Shown here piece by piece: positions 21,736 to 33,524 of a stretch of DNA of 34,822 bases. The DNA comes from Intoshia linei. Lineage: Eukaryota; Animalia; Orthonectida. The stretch is from the NCBI GenBank assembly GCA_001642005.1, contig LWCA01000275.1:1-34822 (forward strand). Direction: 5' to 3'. Numbering within the stretch: the stretch's first letter is position 1; each line of letters begins with the position of its first letter. The position numbers and the translations under genes were made by a program. The notes under the pieces are model-generated. The model saw only the letters and a program-made list of their open reading frames with translations, made no database searches and was not told the origin of the DNA.

Positions 21736-24075
21736 ATATTTCATGCAGTGATCTCCAAAAATTAAAAAAGTCCGCCCTCGACAGAGCTAGGTGCTATTTG
21801 GTTGCTATCTCAATGAGCTCGCTCGTATACTCATTACGTTAAATTGAGGGAAGGAAAAATTGATAATTTATTTTTTCATAGTTGTAATGTATGGTGTACA
21901 AAGAACTCGTATGTAATTGACTGTATGAAAAAGTTTAATAATCGTTAAGGTGTTATTTTTAAAAATTAATACATTGTATAGTAAAATATTTGCAATATTG
22001 ACACACTGATAGGACTCTAAACCAAATTAGTATTCAAATTTTAAAATTAAAAATGTACAGTCACTGTTTTAAACTATACATTTAGTTTCTGAGATAAATC
22101 AATCATTAAGATTTATAATAAGGAGTATTCAAATCAAAGATTACACTAAATCATGTTTCGATTCAATTTTCTAATAGTCTGAGTAAAATTGTATGCTTTA
22201 ATGGTTAGCATTTATACATTTCTTGTTGGTATTTGATATTATTCATGTTTTTGTTTTTTTTTGTAATCTGTTGACAATTTTTTGCATTTTTATAGATCTA
22301 TTAAATTGAAGTATTGAAACAGAAGAAATGGAGGTAATATATTAAATTACGTCTTTGTCGATAATCACTTCATAAATATTTTTATACAGTATATCAGTGT
22401 TTTCAACGTTTTCAAAAAAATTATCTAATTATCTTGATTAATGAAATTTTTTTTAAACAATTTTCGATCAGTGACTTAAAATTTTTACTTGTATAGTTTT
22501 CAAAATGTATAGATTATTAATTTTTATAAAGATTAACAGAATATGTTGGTTTTGAAACGACAAAAATTTATGAAACTATGAAAGACCCAGAAACTTTTAT
22601 ATAAGTAATGCGTAAATGTTAATACATTAAAATGTACGACAATAAAGACTACATTGATGATGTATACTACACATATATTGTAGAGCAGTGTCTTCCAAAC
22701 TATCTTTTTCTAATGTCTCTTTCAGTAATATATTTTGTCAGCGTCTAAACTTTTTATCGATTTATTAAAAATTACATACATATTAACAACATACATTGTA
22801 GATGTAAAAAATTAATTTAAAATCAATACATTTAATACTCAGTGTCACTAAGATATGTTTCCCAGACTTGTTCTACAAATCCTTGACTTGTAATTCACGT
22901 TGTGAACTTTACAAGATAAATGTTTATCAGCAACCGAATCTCCCAACAATTCCCAATAAATTTAACATTCAAAAAAACTATATCGACTATTGAGATCAAA
23001 TAAACGTAAATGTGTGTAATAGAAACTAACGGGTAGACCATCGAGAGGTGGATGGGTTTATACAACACTAAACTTCGTTAGCGAATTTTTTTTAGATGCC
23101 TATTTTTCATTTTCGGTTGACCTCGAGCTTGGTAGTTTCGGCTAGGATGGTACCTCTGAAAAATTGATAGTTTAAATTTTATATGCATGTATAATAGTAG
23201 TTTGGGCGCTGAGGAAGAATCCACTAAAATTAGAACCATTGATGTTTACACACTGGATAGTCAGAAGACAATAAATAAGGTTTTAATATAAATAAGAAAT
23301 TATCATCAAAACTAAATTATTAATATTATAATATTAATTATGGATAATTATCCATCAAATTATAAATAAACAGTAAAAATTAAAAGAAATAACGGTTTCA
23401 TGGTGCAAAATAAAAATATTAATCCGGTTATGATCATTGATCATAGCCCTCTTAGTGTCATCCTCTCTCCACGTCTACACGCTCGGCTGTATATTATTGT
23501 AGTCAAGAACTAATTTTTCTTAAAACTTAAATCTAAAACATAAACAGCAATAAAAATAGAAATTAAAGTAATAAGTGGTAAACAAGACATGTACAAATTT
23601 AATATAAAATGAAATTCCATAAAACCAGCCATTCAAATCTGGAACATGGCTGTTATATAAAGTAAACTGATAAAAAGAAAGGTTAAACATTAAAATAAAA
23701 TTTAATTGCGTTATTAATGTTAATACCAATTGACCTAGTACTAGTGAATACGTACGAAAAATCTACACATAAAATTAAAAAATCATGTTTTAATCTGGAA
23801 CAATGGAAAATGCATTCTGACTGCGTTTGTAATAATTTCATTATTGTTACAAAATAGTGGCAAAACGAATATAAATGGGTCATTATACTACAAATATTAT
23901 TAATTATAAAATGAACAAAGAAACACTTTGTTTAATATTGTTATTATTTGAACGTGTGTCACTACCATTTCCTTCCAACCTTTATAATTACAATATCATG
24001 AGAATTTGATTGTACTCTTGAGTAGAAGACTTATAATTAAATAATTATGGTTAATTTGAAAAATGAGAAATTTAG

Positions 24076-25357
24076 AGATACATACATTAAATCAAACTTT
24101 TAACAAATTACCAATACGAAAGTCGCTAAATTCCAAATTATCTAGTAAATATCATTTCAACTAAAAACACTGAAAATATTTATAAATCATTGCACTATAA
24201 AATCCATTTAGGTTCGGAGACATTTATACCAAATTTAAGCCGAATTCAAAGGTTCAATAACCGCAAACATTTTCACATTCCTCCTTATAATGAAGTAATT
24301 ATCTGAAATTTTAATTTTTACAATATTAAAATTAGGGAATTCTGAACATTAAAAATCAAATTTCAATGGCAAATTACAAAAATTCCACACAGTTGGATAA
24401 TTCTCGTACATTTGTCAAGTAATACTATGTTTAAATAACATTGTTTGCCCGTAAACGTTTGAATAAATATACCTGAAATTTAAGCAAATTTATGAATTTT
24501 TAAAATCTTTTTGATAAAACATTGCCTGATTGATAATAATAATGTAAATGCGCCATAAATAACTTTAAATTTATGTCAAGCGCATTTTTTTTAAATTGAT
24601 GTAACAGGTAAGATTTTGCAATTTATATTTTAATGTACATACATTGTATTGTTTTTCTTAAATTGAATTTAGAAAATTCACCAAAAATGTAAATATAAAA
24701 AAACTATGGTCGACAGGCCTCGCATATGCAATTAATGATTACGTTTCTGTAAATGAAAGGTGAATACATTAATATACTGATTAATAGTATATTTTTTAGA
24801 GAATTATATTTAAAAAAGGGTCAAGAAATTGAATTACACATAAAAATGGATGAAAACTGGTACGAAGCGAGTTACAATAACAAGAGGGGTTTAATTCCCC
24901 AGAGTTATATAAAGGTATTTTAGTATTTTCGATAACATTTTCATTAAAAATGTCCGCTATGTGACAGAAAATTTAAATTTGATTTCAATGATTATAGATT
25001 ATACAAAAACCCACATGTTACGAATACTCAAAAACCGAGTCTGATAGCAATGAGAGCCCCACTTCAATTACGTCTTCGTCAGAATCTCTAATTGTAAGAA
25101 TTGAAAAGAAAATGTAATTTTTTAAATTCAAATGATAGTTTATATAAATTTTCAACTTTTATTTTTAATTCTAATTAAATAATAGATACCGTTGTATATA
25201 CAACTATACTCCTCAATACACTGACGAAATAAGGATATATCCTGGAAATCTGGTAATTAGTCATAAAATTTTCCAAGATGGATGGGCAACCGGTGAAAAC
25301 ATAAACACTAGAGAAAATGGATTTTTCCCAATGAATCATATGCAATGCATATCGTAA
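24076..25357 (+). CDS. Two-SH3-domain adaptor protein (CAP/vinexin/SORBS-like SH3s); 5' end uncertain
   Basis: Phase-consistent exons approximately 24076-24144, 24212-24294, 24336-24418, 24673-24759, 24800-24914, 24998-25113, 25186-25357. SH3-1: AYAINDYVSVNERELYLKKGQEIELHIKMDENWYEASYNNKRGLIPQSYI. SH3-2: YRCIYNYTPQYTDEIRIYPGNLV...DGWATGEN...GFFPMNHM. Candidate start codons at 23911 or 24047. Confidence 0.85.
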
Positions 25358-25401
25358 ATGTCATATTGTAATGTACATAAAGATTTATAAATTTGAGGTT
25401 T

Positions 25402-25845
25402 TCAATTTTTTTCAGTTTGACTTTGACATTTTGATTTTTCAGTAATTAATCTGTTTTTACAATAATTTCTCATCATTTCCATTACAGTTCCTTCAAATTG
25501 TTTGGGACAGCCCTTTTTAACAGTAATCCATTCGTATATGGACCAGTCGTCATATTCGCTGTTAATAATCATGTCCAATTCTTTTAGTTGTTTATGATCA
25601 ATTTTATGTATAAACTTTTTTGTAAATCCTCTAAATTCGAATAAAAATGTATCATTATTAATTTACCCCAATAATATACAATTTTCTAAACTGCCTCGCA
25701 TTGAACTTTGGTATATTAATCTTGAACGTAACGTAGCATCTTCGTCTTTGTACAGAAATGATTCTACAGAAAGAGATCGGATAGGACTTTTTAAGTTTTT
25801 TACATTGCTTTTAAATATAACATTTGAAAACTTCAATGCAAACAT
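25402..25845 (-). CDS. SDHAF2: Succinate dehydrogenase assembly factor 2 (Sdh5)
   Basis: Exons 25845-25667 and 25630-25402 (36-nt intron). Basic, Ser-rich mitochondrial-type presequence, RSRLIYQSSMRGSLENCILLG (RGxxE motif), and DDWSIYEWIT. Confidence 0.92.
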
Positions 25846-25944
25846 TTTTCCAGTTTAGTTCGTTTCCTAGTTAACTTTGTTCAATATTATTTATTATTAT
25901 AATAATCATTATTAATCACCAAGGATGATAAGGATAAAGACCAT

Positions 25945-26068
25945 AATTCAAATACAGTTTTTTCCGGGCGTATAATAAGATACATTTCAACCTCCCAATT
26001 TAACATCTTAAGGGTCAAATCTAAAATTTAAAAACGGAATTGATTCATTTTGAAAAATCAAAAGTTCC
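25945..26068 (-). repeat. Inverted fragment of the Helitron-like repeat family
   Basis: TACAGTTTTTTCCGGG..TCAACCTCCCAA..ACATCTTAAGGGTCAAA is the reverse complement of about 12805-12880. Confidence 0.65.
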
Positions 26069-26069
26069 A

Positions 26070-26224
26070 TTAATATGGACTAAGTCCATTGGACTTAGAT
26101 TGTATAATGATATTTTTACATAAACGTTCAAAAACTTTAAAGAATTGTTTACATTTAGTGCAAATAGGTTCTAAGGTATCTTCAATATAACAGGTAAAAC
26201 AACCTGAAATTTTACTGCTACAAT
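26070..26224 (-). other. Orphan exon encoding a furin-like / growth-factor-receptor Cys-rich repeat
   Basis: Follows an acceptor ...TTTGTAG and reads CSSKISGCFTCYIEDTLEPICTKCKQFFKVFERLC (C-x6-C-x2-C-x9-C-x2-C-x10-C). Confidence 0.5.
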
Positions 26225-26253
26225 CTACAAATTCAATAATTAAAACAAGAAAA

Positions 26254-26835
26254 CTACATCGATTTTGTTGAAGATGACAAGTTTGGGTATTCATTCCATT
26301 TTGTTTTACGGTACTGAAATATTACAGTAGGAGTTAAGCAAAAATAGCAATCATTTTGATGGTTTTTAGGCTTAGACCAAATTCGTGAAGTTACAAAGTG
26401 TAAACTGTTTGGTTTATTAATATGCGTATAGCATACACTGCAAATGTGAGTTGGCGTCCAGCTATTCGTTAAGTTTATTGGGGAAATGAAAAATTTACGC
26501 TCATATGCATTGATGAGATTATTATTGTTCATATCGTACTTTCTTTTTGATTTAACAAGATAAATTCCGCAGATATAACAATATTTTGATACGCTTTCAT
26601 AATTGCAAGAGTTCATAATTAGATCCAACAAAATAAAATTCAAATTTACATCATCTTATTAAAAAGAATATTAAAATTATATATTGTTATAGTTACAAGG
26701 AAAATTATTTAAAGGGCTGTATCTTTTTGATGTGATCTGATATCAACATATAATTTTGGATTAATGAATTTGTGATATATATACTATAATTTAATATGGT
26801 TATTAGACTGCTATAATTTTTAGTGTTTCCCAGTG
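26254..26835 (-). mobile_element. Chapaev3 transposon, 5' part: left TIR plus intact N-terminal Cys/His zinc-finger ORF
   Basis: On the minus strand, TAA|CACTGGGAAACACTAAAAATTATAGCAG starts at 26835. The ORF reads KYCYICG...WTPTHICSVC...IWSKPKNHQNDCYFC...YPNLSS, the typical Chapaev3 N-terminus. Confidence 0.88.
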
Positions 26836-27614
26836 TTATACATTCATTCTATCTAATAAATTAAAAAAATGGGATCGCAAAATTATTTTTAATATTTTCT
26901 ATTTAGCGACTTGGTTAGCTCATCCAGATTATTGGTTTTTATAACGAAACAACTTTTTATCTTAAGTTTGCAGATCTTATCTGCTAAATCTTATACAATA
27001 GAAAATATTATGTGTACATTTTTAATTACTTAATAGAGCAACCAATATGAAAAAGCTTAATTAACACATTTAGACAATTGAAATTTTCAATTTGCAATAT
27101 TAGTAGATTTTTATCTGATTATTTGGTCAAAAAGTTTGTGGTCACTCATCGAAAATAATATTTATAGAAAATCTTTTCAATTCAAAAATTTTAACTTTTC
27201 GAGTGACCCTTGAATCACAAAACCCATATTTAGAAACCCTACATTAAAAACAGTTAAATATAAAAACAATGAGATTTTAATAATTAAAATTTATTCACAA
27301 ATGTGAATTTTGAATAATTTGCAATTTCATGGGCTTTCATGGGTTTTTTTATAACAGGGGGGCGAATATTCTATATTATTATTTCACAAAATACACAAAT
27401 TATAAACAAACTAAAATATTACATATTAAATTTTACAAGTTAATTTTAAAATTTATTCTATTGAATTATTTACATCTTGATGTTAATGTTAATTATTGTT
27501 AATGGAAATCTAAAATTTTTTTTTGTCGTTTGATTAAAATGGTAAAATCATTCCTTAATCTACTTCGCTAAACAACATACAAAAGTATTTAATTTTTTAA
27601 GAAAATTATTGGTT

Positions 27615-27744
27615 TTTTGGGTAAATTCTAAAAAAAAAATTGAGAAACACTCAGTATAGAAAATTTTATAGATATAAAAATATGTCATTTTTTAATATGG
27701 AATTATTATGGAGGGGTAATTCTAAAAAAGGTTGAGAACTACTG
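27615..27744. mobile_element. Two tandem hAT-like MITE right ends
   Basis: GGGTAAATTCTAAAAAAAAAATTGAGAAACACT near 27619-27652 and GGGGTAATTCTAAAAAAGGTTGAGAACTACTG ending at 27744. Confidence 0.5.
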
Positions 27745-29618
27745 TTATAAAGTACCGTGTCAATCTCGAACTGACCGAAAAAATTATTTATCAGATATTC
27801 AATGGTGTCGTACCGCAGATGCCCGGGACAACGTGCTCACCTCTATAATAAAACTGATATAACAATTCTTATTTATAACACCATTTCTTTTAAATTTTTT
27901 TTGTATCAGTATTTAATTAAATTATTAATTCAATAACTCACAATTTTACAAAATAATGTACTGTACTACCAAAAATGTCACTACAAAAATCGCTTTTTAG
28001 AAAATAGACTCTAAGTGTCCGAAAAATTTAAATGTGATAAGAATTTACCAATCTTTGATAAAAAAATTTCCAAACCCATCGTTTGATCATACTTAATTTA
28101 ATATACTCTAAATTAGTAAAAAAAATTTTATCTTAAGATCTACAAAATAATTTGATTAAATACAGGTAAATTATAAATAAATTGATTTTCTAAAAAAGTG
28201 CAAAATAGGTCATCTACACAGTTAAAAAAACATTAAGTAAAAATTACTAGAGGCGTATACATAATTACAGAGCGGTACATTATAATGTATTGTACGACTA
28301 GTAAATCACGTTATTGTATGTGTTGTAAATCACAATTGATTAGTCAGTATGTGTAATTAAGTACTACAATTAGAAAACTAGCCATTGCAATAATTAGTAA
28401 TGTGCTAAGCAATATGTTAATTGACCAATCATTTTGATTTCTAAAAAATAAACAAAAATTTAACAATCATGAGTTTATTCTGTACAAAAATATTACTTTA
28501 TACATTTTCGCATAAAGTAAACAACACTTCAACAGTTGAAAATTTTTACACAATTTAAAGAAATAGTTAAGATTTACAACTAATAAATCTAAACAAGATA
28601 AACAACGTATACTCATTACATTGGAATAACTCAACATCAATAAAAGAAATCAAGAATGAAGCATAAAGGTAATTTTTAGTATTATTACATTGTTCAATTT
28701 ACCAAATAAATATCAAAAAATAAATGATATTGATACTTACATCTTTTTATTGGAAATTTAGTCATTTATTGTGAAAAAACATATTTTATGGTTATGAAAT
28801 TAAATTACTATCAAAATTAAAATTTTAACGGTTATATTAAAAATTAGTTAATGCATAATAACAAATTTAAAAATCAAACAAACTATAATTTGTATTAAAA
28901 TATAAATGGATAAATTACACACATCAAAGTTGACATTATAAATAATTCAATTAGTTAATGAAATATGTGCTAATTAATGAGCGAGTGTAGACATAGTGGA
29001 ACCAATGTGCAAAATTGAGACAAAAGAATTACTCTGAAATGATAATTAGTTTTAATATGACGATAATTAAATAATTATAAACGAAAGAAATGATATTGAA
29101 ACTAAAATTAAATTGATGCTATTGTGTTAATATTTATAGCAGACAAGATTAGCCTTTGAATTTTAAGGCTCAAAAATAAATTGCACTAAATTATGAAAAT
29201 ATATTTGACATTAAAAAATATACATTTATACTGATAAAAAGTACATTAAATAATTTATTAAGGTGCAAAACAAAATTATACTTTAAATTTAAAAAATTTG
29301 AAAAACAATTGTTTAATTTCGATCATTAATTCAACTAATAATAATTAAAAATAAACAAGTGTAGACAAATTTACAGACATTGCGTTGAAATTTAGTGACA
29401 AATTTTTGACTAAATACATGACAACAATTGTGATACTACTGTTACTGTAATTTTTAAACGCATTATACTAAATGACACAGAATTTACAAATTGTTACTTT
29501 TCTTTTCAAGTTGATGCATTTATGGTATACTATACATTAATTGGAAGATAACTAGTAACAACATTTAAAAAATTAATATTTTAATTTTGAACGATTATTT
29601 GAATGATTTTGTTTAGAC

Positions 29619-32139
29619 ATGTCCAAAATAAACAATTCAAATTCTTCTAATTCAGACAAAAGTGGATACAATTTTTTCAAATTCTCGTGCCATCTAAACC
29701 ACTCAAAATCGTTTACTGAATCAGATACAGAGCAAGACAATTTACATATTCCTTTTTTGAAACTCGAACCTTTTAATAAAGAAAATATAGCTGATAATCT
29801 CAACATTTTTTCACCCAAAACTCCTATTCAGAAAAGAGTTAAAAGAGTGTGCCCTCCTGCACCAAACGGATACTTAATAAAAAGACAAAAAATCGAACAA
29901 AATATAAATATGGAAACTAAACCTGGATACGATTATTGTATACCAGCTGAACAGTCACTCATGTCTCTGAAACGTCATTATGACGGGAAAAAATCACTGT
30001 TTCAGAATGTATCAAAGAAAAAAACTAAATTTATCGATACGATTCTCAATAGTCGTAAAACTCTCGATATTAATTCTCATAATACACCATTTCTTGAACA
30101 GTTTCTGACATTAGATTCTGTTTATGGATTACCTTATACTTTCAAAAATTATTTACGCCACCGAGAAATGAATTTAAATTATTCTAGCAAATACAATGAA
30201 GAATATGTCTGTAAAACCTATGCAGATTTCACACACAATATTAGTATTAATTCTGATCAAAATTCCGACAAAGGTGAACCCATCCGTCTTTCTCTAGAAG
30301 ATTCCGCATTATTTCAAAAAAAAACGGTAATTTTAGTATAAAATAATTCATAAACATTGACGAGTGATGTGCAGATGTTTTATTATTATTTTAAACAATA
30401 ATATTTTTTAAATTTCTCCACTTAATCGTTTTTACAGATGGTTTAATTTATTTTGACCGTTTTTTTAGCCTAAACAGAAATACCACAGTCCCATACGAAC
30501 TTCTCGAGTTAAACACATGTTTAATATTAACAATGATAACTTGAAACCTACTTCTCTTACTTTGAAACCCATATTTACGAATTGCTTTCATTTTTCACCT
30601 GAAGAAAAAAAAACTTATATCGACCAAGTTTACACAGTTGGCGATCTCATTGGAAGTGGATCATTTTCTGATGTATTTCGAGCTAAAAATAGACATACTG
30701 GGGTTGTTTCTGCTATCAAGCGATGTAAAAATTTGTACAATAAGTAAGTTTTATTTATATTTTTTTAATTTTACAATTAGTCAGCAAAATAGGAACGAAA
30801 TTGAAAACATATTAGATATTGGTAATCATTTAAATATTGTCGGACTATTGGGCGCGTGGGAACAAAGACACCGATATTACTTGGAATTTGAATATTGTCA
30901 TTCAAGGTATTTTTAAAAAATATATAACAAATATGCATGTAGTTTTTAAAAACTTGAATTTTAATATTTTTAAATTTAGTTGTATGTTCCTTTTAACTCT
31001 TAATGGAGCTTTTGATAAAGAGGAAATATGGAATGTTTCCTGTGATATTTTATCTGCCATCCAATTTATACACTCTAAAAGATATGTCCACTTGGATATC
31101 AAACCTCATAATATTTTAAAAAGCAATATTGGAATATACAAGTTATGTGATTTTGGATTGTCGCAGAATATTGATAAGGTACATTATAATTTTAATGGTT
31201 GAATTAATTGAATTTTAGAACCTTAACGATGAAGTATCCGAAGGTGATACAAAATATCTTGCTCCAGAAATTTTGAAATGTATTGTTACATTCGCGGCAG
31301 ATATTTACTCATTTGGGATAACAATCTTTGAACTGGCTTCAAATACTTCAATTCCTCCAAGTGGTACAAGATGGGTAAAAATAATAAATAAAAAAAGCTT
31401 TCCCATGTTTGCTATTAAAAATCACAACAGTGAATTGAGTAAATTAATTTACGATTGTTTGAATCCTAACTATAAAGACAGACCTTCTATTTATCAAATA
31501 ATAAACCAAGAATTTATTCGTTCAAAAATTAACCAAAGAATGAAAGAGAACCTTGTCAAAGATTTAAGATTTAAAGAAAAATATTTACCTTCAATTTGTT
31601 TTACTAATTTGTGCATTGAATACATGTCCAAGTTTTATATTGCTAAAGATGTTTTACCACTTATACGCAACAAGAATATTTTCCATTGTTCTTATGATAT
31701 TACCCCTATTTCTCCCTTAAACTCAAGTTGTAAATCTTATTCTGATTTTAATTTTGGAAACGACATTCCATTTAAAACTAAAAATGTATCAAATATTATA
31801 TTTAACTTAAATGAAGCAATTGAAAAATCTAATTTGAATGATTCATATTCCTCATTTGGTAGTTTCAAAGAAAGCGTAATGGAAAATAAAAAAGTTTCTA
31901 CTCCCAAATCGGAAAGTTCAGAAGATTCCTATGTTGGAAGGGTACTATTTCCATTGAGAGAAGGTGAAAAACCCACCAGCACGAGAGATTTGATGTTTGA
32001 CGAAAATGCAGACCCAGACATTATTAATCGATTTAGACATTCTACTGTTCCTAAAAAATCTGTCAAGTACATTGGGAGTGTGTATGATTTTATTCAAAAA
32101 AGACCTTTTGTTCTTACCGATGATGAAATTTCAGATTAA
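29619..32139 (+). CDS. PKMYT1: Myt1 (PKMYT1)-like Wee1-family CDK-inhibitory kinase
   Basis: Exons approximately 29619-30326, 30469-30743, 30781-30907, 30980-31178, 31219-32139. Motifs IGSGSFSDVF, AIKR, GAWEQRHRYYLEFEYC, HLDIKPHNI, KLCDFGL (DFG as in Myt1, not the DLG of Wee1), EGDTKYLAPE, ADIYSFGITIFELAS..P..G..W. An upstream exon cannot be excluded. Confidence 0.85.
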
Positions 32140-32603
32140 ATGTATATACCGTTTTTTACGGGTATTGTTAATTATATAATAAAAATTTATTGAAATACAT
32201 GAATTTAAATTTTAAATAGTTCGTTATATTTATTAAAAATAACCAAATCCAATTTTTTATAAATTTCAAGATTAACATTTCATTTTATCCTACCGCGAGT
32301 CTTTTTGTTTTACTAATACATTTGTATTATATATTTTATAAGTTGAATTTCGACCAAAAAAAATTTGAAAATTAAAATGACAATTTTTTACAATTGTTTG
32401 TCGCAGAATATTTGTTAGCTCATTGTGAATGTTGAAGAATTATCTTCCTTATAGTGTCATAACGAAAAGTGGTTACGAAAAATTGATCGATTATTAAAAA
32501 TACGTCTCATTTTTAAAATACATGAGAAATGTAATGTAGGTGTTTTCTAATACGTTCCAGCTCTAAATTTTTATTGATTAAAAAAACGACAAATTGACAT
32601 TTA

Positions 32604-32990
32604 TTAAAGATGATGTTCGAATTGGACAGCTCCAGGTATTTGATAACCAATGACATGACCTTTTCCAATAATTTCACCCATCATAAAAATTATGACCATT
32701 TCCGCTGCTACCATCGTATATGCAACAGCTTCCTTGAATTTATGATTATATCAAGAATGTAAATGCGTACCTTAACTTCAATTTGTTTCCATGATTGGGT
32801 TTTGAAACCATTTGAAAAATTGGTAAAAGATTGTTGAATTTCTGCAAATTCACCTGGTGTAGGAGGTTTAAATTCTACTTTAGCATATTTCCATGCGATT
32901 TTACCTTTTTCCAAAGATAATTTGGCACCAGCTGATAAATTTTAGTAATTTTTAAAAGAATTATATACCAATTAAACATTTCTGTGCCAT
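32604..32990 (-). CDS. ATP5L: Mitochondrial ATP synthase subunit g
   Basis: Three exons, about 32990-32969, 32931-32771 and 32733-32604. Protein: MAQKCLIAGAKLSLEKGKIAWKYAKVEFKPPTPGEF...WKQIEVKEAVAYTMVAAEMVIIFMMGEIIGKGHVIGYQIPGAVQFEHHL*. Confidence 0.95.
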
Positions 32991-33374
32991 ACCACTTTTT
33001 ACCCAGTTGATCAACTTTGTGGACATTTTAATGACAACTTTATTTTACAATAAAATAAATATATTACAATATTACTAAGAAATTGCTTCAGCTCTATTTT
33101 ATCATTTATATTTGTACTTGTTTTGTATAAAAATGTTTTTGGGCTTGCTAATAGCAGTACTGAACCTACCGTACTCAATACCTGGGAATCTAAAAATGTT
33201 AATGGAATCAAATTCGATCCTACCGTACACTAGACCCTCTTCGAGGGTCCATTTTACTAAATTGACCATTACAAAAATTATATTTTTGAATATCGTAACT
33301 ATTTTGTTTGTAAAATTTAAACATGAAAGCCTCAGAGTTTTTATCATTATTTTATTATAATTGGCTCGAATTTT

Positions 33375-33415
33375 TTTTCAGTGGGGCTTAGCATAAAAAA
33401 GGTTGGGAAACACTG
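33375..33415. mobile_element. Orphan hAT (Charlie-like) MITE right end
   Basis: GTGGGGCTTAGCATAAAAAAGGTTGGGAAACACTG. Confidence 0.55.
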
Positions 33416-33524
33416 ATATAGATATAAGGTATAAATATATATCATATATATATATAAATAATATAGCATAGAGGTATAGGCATAAGGTGTCGTGAACTGT
33501 TAATAAAATAATTAATATTAAGTG

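Noticed and set aside
25308-25402. Antisense CDS overlap between SDHAF2 and the SH3 gene
   Set aside because: Careful frame counting puts the SDHAF2 stop (TGA) at 25404-25402, so the coding regions do not overlap.
33228-33250. Hairpin GACCCTC-TTC-GAGGGTC as a histone stem-loop or terminator
   Set aside because: There is no histone gene and the geometry is wrong. TACACTAGACCCTC looks more like collapsed pogo-type MITE ends.
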